Source of the DNA: an uncultured Solirubrobacterales bacterium
Lineage (GTDB): Bacteria; Actinomycetota; Thermoleophilia; Solirubrobacterales; Solirubrobacteraceae
Reading direction: 5' to 3'
Assembly: GCA_963797955.1 (NCBI GenBank)
Contig: CAWCRO010000022.1
Coordinates: forward strand, 66,480-130,479
Length of the DNA stretch: 64,000 nucleotides
The notes under the pieces are model-generated. The model was not told the DNA's origin, searched no databases, and worked only from the letters and a program-made list of their open reading frames with translations. This document shows positions 27,731-37,337 of this stretch, one piece after another. Each line of letters opens with the position of its first letter. The first letter of the stretch is position 1. Position numbers and translations under genes: made by a program.

Positions 27731-28204
27731 GTGCTCCAACGCGACTATCCAGACCAGGTCTGCTCGATCGCCCGATCGCTAGAGGTCATCGGGGAACGCT
27801 GGACGCTGCTGATCCTCCGCGACGCCCTCGTCGGCCTAACGCGGTTCGAGGAGTTCCAGGCGAAGCTCGGGATCGCCTCCAACGTCCTCACTAACCGGCT
27901 CAAGCGGCTGTGCGACGAGGAACTGCTCAAACGCGTTCCGGACCCAGAGCGGCCCGGCCGGCCGAAGTACGTGCTCACCGACAAGGGACGCGAGCTCGCG
28001 CCCGCCCTGATCGTGCTCATGAAATGGGGCGACCGCCACTACCCGACGCCTGGCGGGCCACCCCGACTCACCCTCCACGCCGGCTGCGGAGGCAACATCG
28101 GCCCAGACCTCCGCTGCGACCGGTGCGGCAAACACGCGGCGCGCGGGGAGGTCGAGCTCCCGCCCGGCCCGGGGGCGCGACACGGCGAGCACGCCGGACG
28201 ATGA
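27731..28204 (+). CDS. HxlR-family winged-helix regulator
   Basis: CSIARSLEVIGERWTLLILRD, TRFEEFQ, LTNRLKRL, YVLTDKGREL. Confidence 0.92.
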   Translation: MLQRDYPDQVCSIARSLEVIGERWTLLILRDALVGLTRFEEFQAKLGIASNVLTNRLKRLCDEELLKRVPDPERPGRPKYVLTDKGRELAPALIVLMKWGDRHYPTPGGPPRLTLHAGCGGNIGPDLRCDRCGKHAARGEVELPPGPGARHGEHAGR

Positions 28205-28298
28205 CTATCGGCGCGCGGCGACCGTCCCGCGCGGACCCAGACTGCCAGCCCGGCGCGCCGACCGCGCGACCGAAGTCGCGCGGCCTGCGCGCCGTCAC

Positions 28299-29123
28299 TC
28301 ATTTGGTGATTCGGACGAGGCGCTCCATGCCGAGCGTGGTGTGCTCGCGCCCATCCTGGGTGTCCATGAAGCAGGCCTGAACGTAGTAGCCAGGCTTGGC
28401 GTTCAGGATCTGCTGCTGCATCGCGCCGGGCGAGGCGGGATCCATCAGGTCCACGAAGCCCGTCGCGAACTTCTGGGCCTTGTGGTCCTTCCCGGCCTTC
28501 AGCAGCGCAATGATCTTCTCCGCATCAGCCTTGTTGCGTGCGCCGATCAGGGAATCCATGTGCACCAGGTAGCCGTCGTTCTCAAGCCGCACCATCGACC
28601 CGTCATGCAGGACCTTGGGCCCCTTGAAGCCGAACTCGATCGACGTCTCGGTCGCTGCGGCCGCCGGCAGTGCTGCCGGCGAGGGCGACTGCGTGACCGT
28701 GAACTGCGCCACATTCGCGGCCGGCCCGTTGCCGGTGAGGTTGAGCGCCACGTAGTTGCCCGGTGTCAGGACCGTCTGGATCGTGCCCGGCGCATCGGCG
28801 GCAACGACCAGCGACCCGAACGGGGTCAGCGCGTTGGGGTCACCGTGATGGCTCTGGACGGCATGCAACGCCTCCGGGAACAACACGCCCTGGTTCAGGC
28901 GGACGAGCCCGTAGCCGCCCTGGCCCTTGCCGGTGAACGTGGAGGTGACGTTCACCGCGCCCGACACCTCCGACCCCGAGACCTTGATCGCGGTCTTCCC
29001 GGTCACCGCCACGTTGAGCGTTGGCAGCGTCGACGCCGCGCTCGCTCCAGCGGCTCCGGCCAGCCCGACCACGCAGGCAGCCACAACGCTCGATACGACA
29101 ATTAGCGATCGAAGTCGCTTCAC
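28299..29123 (-). CDS. Secreted protein with C-terminal cupredoxin-like type-1 Cu motif
   Basis: Signal peptide; VHM...YYVQACFMDTQDGREHTTLGM (C-x9-H-x4-M). Confidence 0.7.
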   Translation of the reverse strand: MKRLRSLIVVSSVVAACVVGLAGAAGASAASTLPTLNVAVTGKTAIKVSGSEVSGAVNVTSTFTGKGQGGYGLVRLNQGVLFPEALHAVQSHHGDPNALTPFGSLVVAADAPGTIQTVLTPGNYVALNLTGNGPAANVAQFTVTQSPSPAALPAAAATETSIEFGFKGPKVLHDGSMVRLENDGYLVHMDSLIGARNKADAEKIIALLKAGKDHKAQKFATGFVDLMDPASPGAMQQQILNAKPGYYVQACFMDTQDGREHTTLGMERLVRITK

Positions 29124-29420
29124 AGCATGCTCCTCTCGTTGATGCGGCACGTCAGGGTGCCCTCACCGCCGAGCAGCAAGGCCAGTCCATGAATGCCGTG
29201 TAGTGCCCCACAGCCCGACTTCCTGCGGGCTGCGATGTGTCGCCACTCAAACAACAATCCTCGCCGAAAGTTGCGGCGCCTCGCCCGCCCCGAACTCGGC
29301 CTGAGCACGTTCCCGAGTCGCTCAGTCCTGCGTGCTGCCCGCGGAGATCATCCGAACTGGGTGATGCGATCGAACGCCCGACCTGGCAGCGTCCAAGCTG
29401 GCGCCATCCGGAGGTGAAAG

Positions 29421-31022
29421 ATGAAACGCAGTGTCGTGGTCCTCGTAGTCCTCGTAGCGCTCGCCGCGCTCGGATCGTCCAGCGTTGCCGGTGCCCGCAC
29501 GCTCCTGGTCGGAACCTACAAGGGCATTCGCGGGCAGTATGAGTCGATCCAGGCCGCGGTCGGCGCGGCTCGACCTGGCGACTGGATCCTGGTGGGGCCG
29601 GGCGACTACAAGACGACCTCCTCGCGGGCGCCCGCCGGCCGTTCCGACACCCCTGCCGGGATATTGATCACTACGCCGCGGGTCCACCTCCGCGGCATGA
29701 ACCGCAACACCGTGATCGTCGACGGCACCAAGGCCGGTCCGGCGTGCAGCCCGGCCAAGCGTGACCAGAACTTCGGTCCGCACGGCAAGGGCGGCGCACG
29801 CGGACTCAACGGGATCATGGTGTGGAAGGCCGCCGACGCCTGGGTCCAGAATCTCACCGCCTGCAATTTCCTCAGCGGAAAGGGCGACGCAGGCAACGAG
29901 ATCTGGTGGAACGGCGGCGACGGTAGCGGCAAGATCGGAGGCCACGGCTACTACGGCTCCTATCTGAGCGCGACAAGCACCTTCTACGAGCCCAACGACA
30001 CCCCGGCGCAGTACGGGATCTTCTCGAGCAACTGGACCGGGGGTACGTGGTTCCGTTCGTACGCCAGCAACTTCAGCGACTCCGGCTACTACATCGGCGC
30101 CTGCCAGCAGCGGTGCGATCAGACAATCAACCGGGCCCATGGCGAGTTCAACGCGCTCGGGTACTCGGGGACCAACTCCGGCGGCCAGATCGTCATCCAG
30201 AACTCCGAGTTCAACGACAACCAGGACGGCTTCGACACCGACAGCGAGAACGGAGATGCCCCGTCGCCCCAGAACGGCGCGTGTCCGAACAACGGCATCA
30301 GCCCGATCACCCATACCCACTCATGCTGGGTGCTGATCAACAACTACATCCACGACAACAACAATCGGAGCGTGCCCGAGGTGGGCCAGGCCGGTTCCAC
30401 TCCTCTCGGGGTCGGCCTGTCACTGAGCGGAGCACGCAACGACACGGTGATGCACAATCGGATCGTCCGCAACAACGCCTGGGGGGTGCTGATCCAGGTC
30501 CAGCAGGGCGAGGGCGGACCGCCCTGCACCGGTGGCACGTTGAACTTCAACGTGCTCGGCATCCTCACGCTCCCGTGCCTGTTCGACGGCTTTGGGAACG
30601 CGATCCTGAAGAACAGCTTCGCCGACAACGGCTCCTACGGGCATCAGACCAATGGCGACATCGCCGTCGTCAACTTCGAGGACGGGCATCCGACATCGTG
30701 CTACCGCGGCAACGTGAATCCGGCTGGACTGACGACATCGCCGGCCGGCCTCGAACAGACACATCCCGCGTGCACAGGCGCCGGCGCCCCAGCCAACGTG
30801 AACGTGCCGCTCGTCGAGGAGATCCTCTGCGGCAACGAGGGCTCCCTGGTCGGACAGACCATCTCGTGTCCAGGTGGCAGGCCCTATCCGAGCCCCACTC
30901 ACGTGGTCATGCACGCGCTACCGAAGAACTTGGCGACGATGCCCGATCCGTGCGCGCACGTGCCCGTCAACCGGTGGTGTCCGCGTCGGCCGGCTCCGCC
31001 GCCGCCGCAAGTTACCGGTTAA
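29421..31022 (+). CDS. Secreted right-handed parallel beta-helix (pectin-lyase-like) protein, Cys-rich
   Basis: Signal peptide; SIQAAVGAARPGDWILVGPGDY; Asn/Gly ladders (NNYIHDNNN, HNRIVRNNAWG). Confidence 0.8.
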   Translation: MKRSVVVLVVLVALAALGSSSVAGARTLLVGTYKGIRGQYESIQAAVGAARPGDWILVGPGDYKTTSSRAPAGRSDTPAGILITTPRVHLRGMNRNTVIVDGTKAGPACSPAKRDQNFGPHGKGGARGLNGIMVWKAADAWVQNLTACNFLSGKGDAGNEIWWNGGDGSGKIGGHGYYGSYLSATSTFYEPNDTPAQYGIFSSNWTGGTWFRSYASNFSDSGYYIGACQQRCDQTINRAHGEFNALGYSGTNSGGQIVIQNSEFNDNQDGFDTDSENGDAPSPQNGACPNNGISPITHTHSCWVLINNYIHDNNNRSVPEVGQAGSTPLGVGLSLSGARNDTVMHNRIVRNNAWGVLIQVQQGEGGPPCTGGTLNFNVLGILTLPCLFDGFGNAILKNSFADNGSYGHQTNGDIAVVNFEDGHPTSCYRGNVNPAGLTTSPAGLEQTHPACTGAGAPANVNVPLVEEILCGNEGSLVGQTISCPGGRPYPSPTHVVMHALPKNLATMPDPCAHVPVNRWCPRRPAPPPPQVTG

Positions 31023-31042
31023 CCGCCACGCGGCCGGAACTG

Positions 31043-32512
31043 TCAGTCGGAGGGACCGATCATGCCGCTGGGGGCGAGCACGATGATTGTGGAGTCGTCG
31101 TCGAGCTGGTCGGGGTTGGCGACTCGCAGCTGGTCTTCGATGGCTCGCAGCGTGGCGGGTGCCGCGTTGTTGTCGGCCTTGGCGACTGCGCGTGCTATCG
31201 CTGAGAGCCCGAGGCCGTGGGTCGGATGGGTGAAGCTGTCGGAGAGGAGCAGCAGTCGTTCGGTCTTATCCAGGCGGGTTTCGTTGGTGTGGGGCTGGTC
31301 GGGGAAGTCACGGCTTCCCAGGGGCGGGTGTAGGAGGCCGTCGAGGGGCTTGAGCTGGCCGCGGGCGGTGATGCGAAATGGGGGCTCGTCGCCGGCGGTG
31401 ACCCAGCGAAACGTCGAGGCGGGGGCGTTCCAGTGTCCGATTGTGGCTGTCGAGGTGGCTGCGCCGTCGCCGATCTCCAGCAGCACCTCATGCATCGCCA
31501 GCAGACATTCGGCGGGATCGATCGCGTCGCGGCGGACGGAGCGAAACGCCCCGAGGGTGACGGCGCTGATGCCGGCGGCGGCCGCTCCTGTCCCATCGGA
31601 GTCCGCAATCCCGATCCAGGTGCCGCGGGGGTTTTCGGTGTAGTCGAACCAGTCTCCGCCGATCTCATATCCGGGGAGGACGTTGCCGGCGAGGGTCGCG
31701 CCGCCGACGCGCGCGATTCGGGGGGGCAAGAGGTTCTGCTGGATTTCGGCGGCCGGGCTGGTCTTCCGGGTCCGGCGGACCGTATCGATGTGATCGCTGT
31801 AGGCGGGCGCGAGAGCTAGTGCGATGGCGGCTTCGGAGGCGAGGTCGCGCAGCTGGTCGCTGACTGTCCCGACGGCCAGCAGTACCCCGATCGCACGGCC
31901 GCGCAACTGCAGCGGAGCGACGGTCGCGCCGGGTAGCAGTTCCTCAAAGACGGCCCGGATGGCGGCCACGCCCTCGCGTGGAATCTCCGGGCCGACGGCC
32001 AGCGGCGCGGTGATCTGAGCGGGGAAAGTCGCGGCGCCGGCGAGACGCTGCATGCTGGCTCCGTCGAGATCGACGACGTACAGGGCGGCGGAGGAAATGC
32101 CTGGCAGACGTTGGGCCTCGGCGACGATCTGGTCTCCGAGTTGAAACGGCGGGACTTTGTTGAGCACGTCGGCGACCGAGAGCGGAGTGGTGGTGACGCT
32201 GGCCAGCTCGCCCGGAGGACGCAGGTAGTCCTCCTCGTCAGAGTCGGCGTCGTCCCGCGCCTGGCGGCGCACCGCGTCCATGAGCTCGTCGCGGGTGGGG
32301 AAGTGTCGGTGCACCGTGCCCCGTCCCAGCCCCGCCTTTGCGGCGATTGCCCGCATGCTGGTGTCTTCGTTATCGGCCAGCGCCCTCCGAGCAGCGTCGA
32401 TGATCTTCGCGCGGTTCAGCGCTGCGTCGCTGCGCAGGCGACGCTCTGGAGCGGCTTCACCCACGCGGACTGCGCCGGCGTCCTCATCGCGAAATGGAAC
32501 ACTCTGACTCAC
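31043..32512 (-). CDS. TetR-HTH / GAF-like / PP2C (SpoIIE) fusion protein
   Basis: RSDAALNRAKIIDAA...SMRAIAAKAGLGRGTVHRHFPTRDEL; AAEIQQNLLP, GGDWFD, IADSDGTG, LLSDSF, DDDSTIIVL in one ORF. Confidence 0.88.
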   Translation of the reverse strand: MSQSVPFRDEDAGAVRVGEAAPERRLRSDAALNRAKIIDAARRALADNEDTSMRAIAAKAGLGRGTVHRHFPTRDELMDAVRRQARDDADSDEEDYLRPPGELASVTTTPLSVADVLNKVPPFQLGDQIVAEAQRLPGISSAALYVVDLDGASMQRLAGAATFPAQITAPLAVGPEIPREGVAAIRAVFEELLPGATVAPLQLRGRAIGVLLAVGTVSDQLRDLASEAAIALALAPAYSDHIDTVRRTRKTSPAAEIQQNLLPPRIARVGGATLAGNVLPGYEIGGDWFDYTENPRGTWIGIADSDGTGAAAAGISAVTLGAFRSVRRDAIDPAECLLAMHEVLLEIGDGAATSTATIGHWNAPASTFRWVTAGDEPPFRITARGQLKPLDGLLHPPLGSRDFPDQPHTNETRLDKTERLLLLSDSFTHPTHGLGLSAIARAVAKADNNAAPATLRAIEDQLRVANPDQLDDDSTIIVLAPSGMIGPSD

Positions 32513-32712
32513 TTAGTAGGCCTCAGAAGCATTTTCGTCCCACATGTCCACCCTCTTCATTTGCTCTACTATCTGCGCGAACAGTACATCTTACACAGAT
32601 AACTAGAACACATTGTCCGATTTAGGATAGCGGCGGTGAGGACGGAGCGCTGGATTGCGGTTTTTGATCGTCGCTTACCTGCCGCTACGCCGCGACGACG
32701 AAGAGAGACGAC

Positions 32713-33792
32713 ATGTCCAGTACAGCCGCAGGTGACGGCGAGCCGCGAGCCGCCGCGCCCACCGCCCACGACGGGACGAACCAGCCAGCGGGGACCGCGG
32801 CGCTGTCCGCACCCGATGGCGCTGATCAACGGCGTTCTGGGCGGCGGCCCGAGGGGCCGGCTCACGCTCGCGAGGGGTCGGCGCTGCACACCCTCAAGCG
32901 CACATGGGCCGAGTTCTCTGAGGACAATCTCACCGATTCGGCGGCCGCGCTGACCTATTACGCGATCCTCTCGATCTTCCCGGCGCTCCTGGCGCTGGTG
33001 GCGATCGTGGGGCTCGTCGCCGATCCGCACACGGTCACGAAGGAGATGACCACGCTCGTCACCTCGATCGGTCCCGCGTCGGCCGCTCAGACGTTCAAGG
33101 GTCCGATCGAGGGTCTGACGAAGAGCAGCGGCACCGCGGGCATCTTGCTGATCGTGGGTATCGCGTCGGCACTGTGGACGGCCTCGGGGTATGTCGGGGC
33201 GTTCATGCGAGCCTCCAACGTGATCTACGAGGTGGAGGAGGGTCGCTCGATCATCAAGCTGCGCCCCCTGCAGATGCTGGTCACGCTCGTCCTCGTCATT
33301 CTGCTCGCGCTGGTACTCGTGGCCTTGGTGCTGACCGGTCCGCTGGCCAGCAAGGTCGGCTCCGCAGTGGGCATCGGCAGCTCGGCGGTGACGGTGTGGA
33401 ACATCGCCAAATGGCCAGTGCTGCTGGTCGTGGTGATGTTCATGATCGCGCTTCTGTATTACGCGTCACCGAACGCCAAGCTGCGGAGTCTGAAGTCGAT
33501 CTTTCCCGGAGCGGTTCTGGCCGTCGTCGTATGGCTGGTGGCGTCCGCTGCGTTTGCTTTTTACGTGGCGAACTTCGGGTCCTATAACAAGACCTACGGC
33601 ACCTTGGGCGGAATCATCGTGTTCCTGGTGTGGATGTGGATCACCAACGTGGCGATCCTCCTCGGCGCTGAGATCAACGCCGAACGCGAACGCTCCCGCC
33701 AACTGCGCGACGGAGCCCCCGGCGCCGAACGCGAGATCCAACTTGCGGAACGCTCAGAGCCCAAAGCCAAGAAGCGCGCCCGGACTGTCTGA
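32713..33792 (+). CDS. YihY/virulence factor BrkB family membrane protein
   Basis: SAAALTYYAILSIFP, ALWTASGY, LYYASPN, YNKTYGTLGGIIVFLVWMW, LLGAEIN. Confidence 0.93.
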   Translation: MSSTAAGDGEPRAAAPTAHDGTNQPAGTAALSAPDGADQRRSGRRPEGPAHAREGSALHTLKRTWAEFSEDNLTDSAAALTYYAILSIFPALLALVAIVGLVADPHTVTKEMTTLVTSIGPASAAQTFKGPIEGLTKSSGTAGILLIVGIASALWTASGYVGAFMRASNVIYEVEEGRSIIKLRPLQMLVTLVLVILLALVLVALVLTGPLASKVGSAVGIGSSAVTVWNIAKWPVLLVVVMFMIALLYYASPNAKLRSLKSIFPGAVLAVVVWLVASAAFAFYVANFGSYNKTYGTLGGIIVFLVWMWITNVAILLGAEINAERERSRQLRDGAPGAEREIQLAERSEPKAKKRARTV

Positions 33793-33866
33793 GAGCCGTC
33801 CCGCGAACCCGACCCTGCCAGCGATGTGCGGTCAACCAAGGATCACATGAAGGAGGGCCGGCCTAG

Positions 33867-34235
33867 ATGACCAATCCGATCACCGATCTGCTGGCGCTTC
33901 GCCGGCTGCCCGCGGCGCTGGCCGCCGACCTCGGCGTGATCACCGATGCGATGCGCAGCGTCAGGGCGATAGAGACGATGCTGGCCTCGCTGCTCACCGC
34001 GCTGGGCCTGCTCCTGACCGATGTTGAGCGCCTGCGCAAAACCGTCGAACCCCAAGCAGGAAAGATCGCGCACATCGAACAGATGATGCAGGTCCTAGAG
34101 CAACGCACGGCCGTGATCGAAACCACCGTTCTCCGGCTCGCGTCCGACGCCGACCAGGCGCGGCGCGCCCTGCCCGATCCCGACGATGACCCGGGGATGC
34201 TGACCAAGGCCAAGCAGGCGATCACCGGAGGCTGA
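33867..34235 (+). CDS. Hypothetical coiled-coil protein
   Basis: RBS AAGGAGG, ATG start, amphipathic helical sequence. Confidence 0.6.
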   Translation: MTNPITDLLALRRLPAALAADLGVITDAMRSVRAIETMLASLLTALGLLLTDVERLRKTVEPQAGKIAHIEQMMQVLEQRTAVIETTVLRLASDADQARRALPDPDDDPGMLTKAKQAITGG

Positions 34236-34323
34236 ATCTCGTCGCTGCCGGAAGGGTTTCGGCGCTGCCCTCGGGTGGGCGGCTTGCGCTCACCCGATCA
34301 CCCCGTGTAAAACACCGAGGGAC

Positions 34324-35226
34324 ATGGCCGACTCCCAGCTCCACACTTTGCTTGAGGGCGGGGCCTTCTTTGAGAGCCCGCGCTGGCACGACGGCCGATG
34401 GTGGGTGTCGGACTTCTACCGGCACCTGGTGCTGTCAGTCAGCGCGACTGGTGAGCCGCGCGAGGTGCTCGAGGTGGAGGAGCAGCCGTCCGGGCTCGGG
34501 TGGATGCCAGACGGGTCGATGCTCGTGGTGTCGATGCGTGATCACCGGATCGTGCGCTGGTCCGCCGACGCGGGCGTCGCCCAGCACGCCGACGTCAGCG
34601 AGTACTGCGGCGGCCATCTGAACGACATGGTGGTCGACGCGCACGGACGTGCCTACGTGGGCAACTTCGGCTTTGACCTGATGGGCGGCGGCGATCCGGC
34701 TTCGGCCAATCTGATCCGGGTCGACCCTGACGGCCACGCGTCCGTCGCCGCTGAGGATCTGCTGTTTCCCAACGGCTCGGTGATCACGCCGGACGGCCAC
34801 ACGCTGATCGTGGGGGAGACCGCCGGTGCGCGCTATACGGCCTTCACGATCAATGAGGACGGCTCGCTCGGCGATCGCCGCGTCTGGGCGCAGGTCGCAC
34901 CGACGCCCGAGATCACGACCCTGGCGGAGACCCTGAGCAAGCTCCAGTTCGGACCGGACGGCTGCGGCCTGGACGCCGAAAACCACATCTGGTGCGCTGA
35001 CGAGGTAAACGCGCGCTGCGTCCGGATCGCCCCGGGCGGCGGCATCGTCGACGAGATCAACGCGCCCGACGGGCTCGACTTCTTCGCGTGCATGCTCGGC
35101 GGCGACGATGGCCGGACGCTGCTCATGTGCGCCGCGCCGGACTTCGCCGAGGTCAATCGCATGGCCGCCCGCGAGGCCGTCCTGCTCACAACCACGGTCG
35201 ACGTTCCCCACGGCGGGCTTCCCTAG
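34324..35226 (+). CDS. SMP-30/gluconolactonase/LRE family protein
   Basis: FESPRWHDG, NDMVVD, FPNGSVIT, PDGCGLDAE, ACMLGGDDGRTL. Confidence 0.92.
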   Translation: MADSQLHTLLEGGAFFESPRWHDGRWWVSDFYRHLVLSVSATGEPREVLEVEEQPSGLGWMPDGSMLVVSMRDHRIVRWSADAGVAQHADVSEYCGGHLNDMVVDAHGRAYVGNFGFDLMGGGDPASANLIRVDPDGHASVAAEDLLFPNGSVITPDGHTLIVGETAGARYTAFTINEDGSLGDRRVWAQVAPTPEITTLAETLSKLQFGPDGCGLDAENHIWCADEVNARCVRIAPGGGIVDEINAPDGLDFFACMLGGDDGRTLLMCAAPDFAEVNRMAAREAVLLTTTVDVPHGGLP

Positions 35227-35278
35227 CAGTCGCGCCGATCACGCCCTGGATCACAGCCTGGCCGTAGAATGGGGCGCC

Positions 35279-35530
35279 ATGGCGGGCTTCAGTGCAGACG
35301 AGGGACTCGAGCGCGAGCACGACAGGGACCTCTCCCGGTTTCCGCGCGACCTCGAGGCTTATGCGCACATCGAAGGGCTAGTCGGCGAGGAGAACGAGCT
35401 CCTGGAATCGGCGGAGGAGGACCGCAAGGAGGAGCATCGCCAGCGGCTCCACGCGATCACGGAGGAGCTCGATCGCGCCTGGGAGACGCTGCGCCGGCGC
35501 GCCGAACGGCGCGGCAAGCCTCGCAGCTGA
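35279..35530 (+). CDS. DUF2630-like small protein
   Basis: IEGLVGEENEL...ELDRAWETLRRRAERR pattern. Confidence 0.6.
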   Translation: MAGFSADEGLEREHDRDLSRFPRDLEAYAHIEGLVGEENELLESAEEDRKEEHRQRLHAITEELDRAWETLRRRAERRGKPRS

Positions 35531-35760
35531 CGCCTCCGCTCCTCCGTGGAGCACGGGAGCTGATGATCGCGAGGGCTATGCACGTGTGACCCAAGGGCTC
35601 CTTGTCGCGCAGTCGGCCAACGGCCGATGATCCCGCTACGCCGCGCACTTGAGATACAGGCCGCGCCGCGGATCCAAATGACAAGTCCAGAGATCCTCAC
35701 CAGCGACACCTCCAGCGCGGCTAGGAGCCCTTCACCGACAGCGCCCGGGGCCGGGACTAA

Positions 35761-36537
35761 ATGGGCGCGGGGCTGAAGCGGCTTGTCGTGGGCGTGGTCG
35801 CAGCCGGGGCTGCGGTCGTTGGCGTGGCGATCGCGGGGCACGTTGGGTCTGACTCAAACGGCGGGTTAAAGCCCTACGGCCTTCGCGAGACGCTCCCTCA
35901 GATGGTCGCGTCGTTCGGAGCCAACGCCCGCGTGGTGGAGATCATCGTCGGCTCCTCGGGCATCTACTACCAGGTGATCGGCGCCGACCGCCAACTGCAC
36001 ATCCGGGATTACTCGATCCTCGAGTCAGAGATCGAAGCCGGGACCTACGGCTATAACCGCAAGACCCGCAACTACGTGCGCGCGCTGACGCCCGCCCAGT
36101 CCCGCAGCGCGGTGCTTACCCTCGGTCAAGTTGATCCCGGCGTCGTGGACAGCCTTTACCACAAGGTCGGCTTTCCCAGGCAGGGATCGAGCGCAACGCT
36201 GACCGGGCGCTCATGGTTCCTGCAGTCCGGCGCCCAGCCCGAGCACCGGTTCGTCGCGGCCTACAGCGGCGGCGGACTCAAACCAACCCAGGCTGCCGCG
36301 CCACCGGACCCCAACACCGCGACGATCCCGCCCGCCACGCCGGCTAAAACCCCGACATCGACCAACCGGCCACCGAGCACCAGCACGACCGTCTACAGCT
36401 TCACCACCACGATCTCATCCGGCTCGACCAAGCCCGGCAAGCTCAACCGCACCACCCAGCGCCTCGTGACCTGCATCGCACGCGCCCAGGGCGACGTCAA
36501 CAGGATCGCCGTGTGCCAGCACAAGTTCGTCCCGTAG
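35761..36537 (+). CDS. Secreted or membrane-anchored hypothetical protein with Pro/Thr-rich linker
   Basis: N-terminal hydrophobic segment; P/T-rich stretch; C-terminal C-x11-C. Confidence 0.65.
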   Translation: MGAGLKRLVVGVVAAGAAVVGVAIAGHVGSDSNGGLKPYGLRETLPQMVASFGANARVVEIIVGSSGIYYQVIGADRQLHIRDYSILESEIEAGTYGYNRKTRNYVRALTPAQSRSAVLTLGQVDPGVVDSLYHKVGFPRQGSSATLTGRSWFLQSGAQPEHRFVAAYSGGGLKPTQAAAPPDPNTATIPPATPAKTPTSTNRPPSTSTTVYSFTTTISSGSTKPGKLNRTTQRLVTCIARAQGDVNRIAVCQHKFVP

Positions 36538-36583
36538 CGGGACGACGACAAGCCGCCGCGAGGCCGGCATGGACCACCGAGGC

Positions 36584-37330
36584 TCACAGAGAGCTCGCCA
36601 TCACTCCACCGTCGGCGATCACCTCGGCTCCGGTCACAAACTCAAACCCGTTCTGCGCGAGCGCAAACACCACGGCGGCGATGTCATCCGCTTGACCGAT
36701 GCGCCCTAGCGGGATGCGCTGCTCGAGCTCATCGCGACGGCCCGGGAGGCCCTCGTAGCCGTTCATCTCGGTCGCGATCGGCCCCGGGAGCACCGCGTTG
36801 CAGGTGATCCCGTACGGACCCAAGATGCCGGCGAGCGTCTTCACCAAGGCTGAAACCCCACCCTTACTCGCCGCGTAGTGAGACGCGTTCAGATTGGCCG
36901 TGACGGCACTGACCGACGAGATCGAGACGATTCGTCCCCGGATGCCGTCCTGCACCATCAGCTGAGCTGCTGCCTGAGCGACGAAAAACTGCCCCTTCAG
37001 GTTCACATCGATCACCCGGTCCCATCCCTCCTCGGTGATCTCGAAGAACGGAACCCAAGGACAGATTCCGGCGTTGAGGACGAGGGCGTCGATCCCGCCA
37101 AGCTGCTCGTGGACCTGGGACACCATCGCTCTGATCGCGGTCACGTCAGCGACGTCCGCGGGCGCGATCAGCGCCCTTCCACCGAGGTCCACGACCTCCC
37201 TTGCGACCTCGTCGACTGCAGCATCGTCGCCCGGATGGTTGAGCGCGACGTGAGCGCCGTGACGCGCAAATGCATGCGCACATGCCCGTCCGATGCCGCG
37301 TGACGCCCCGGTGATCAGTACCCGTTGCAT
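36584..37330 (-). CDS. Short-chain dehydrogenase/reductase
   Basis: TGASRGIG, NAG, YAASK, NAVLPG, ADGG. Confidence 0.95.
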   Translation of the reverse strand: MQRVLITGASRGIGRACAHAFARHGAHVALNHPGDDAAVDEVAREVVDLGGRALIAPADVADVTAIRAMVSQVHEQLGGIDALVLNAGICPWVPFFEITEEGWDRVIDVNLKGQFFVAQAAAQLMVQDGIRGRIVSISSVSAVTANLNASHYAASKGGVSALVKTLAGILGPYGITCNAVLPGPIATEMNGYEGLPGRRDELEQRIPLGRIGQADDIAAVVFALAQNGFEFVTGAEVIADGGVMASSL

Positions 37331-37337
37331 CTGATGC

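Noticed and set aside
29124-29420. Riboswitch in the long divergent intergenic (hairpin CAGCCCG...CGGGCTG)
   Set aside because: No recognisable aptamer consensus; would need an Infernal/Rfam scan
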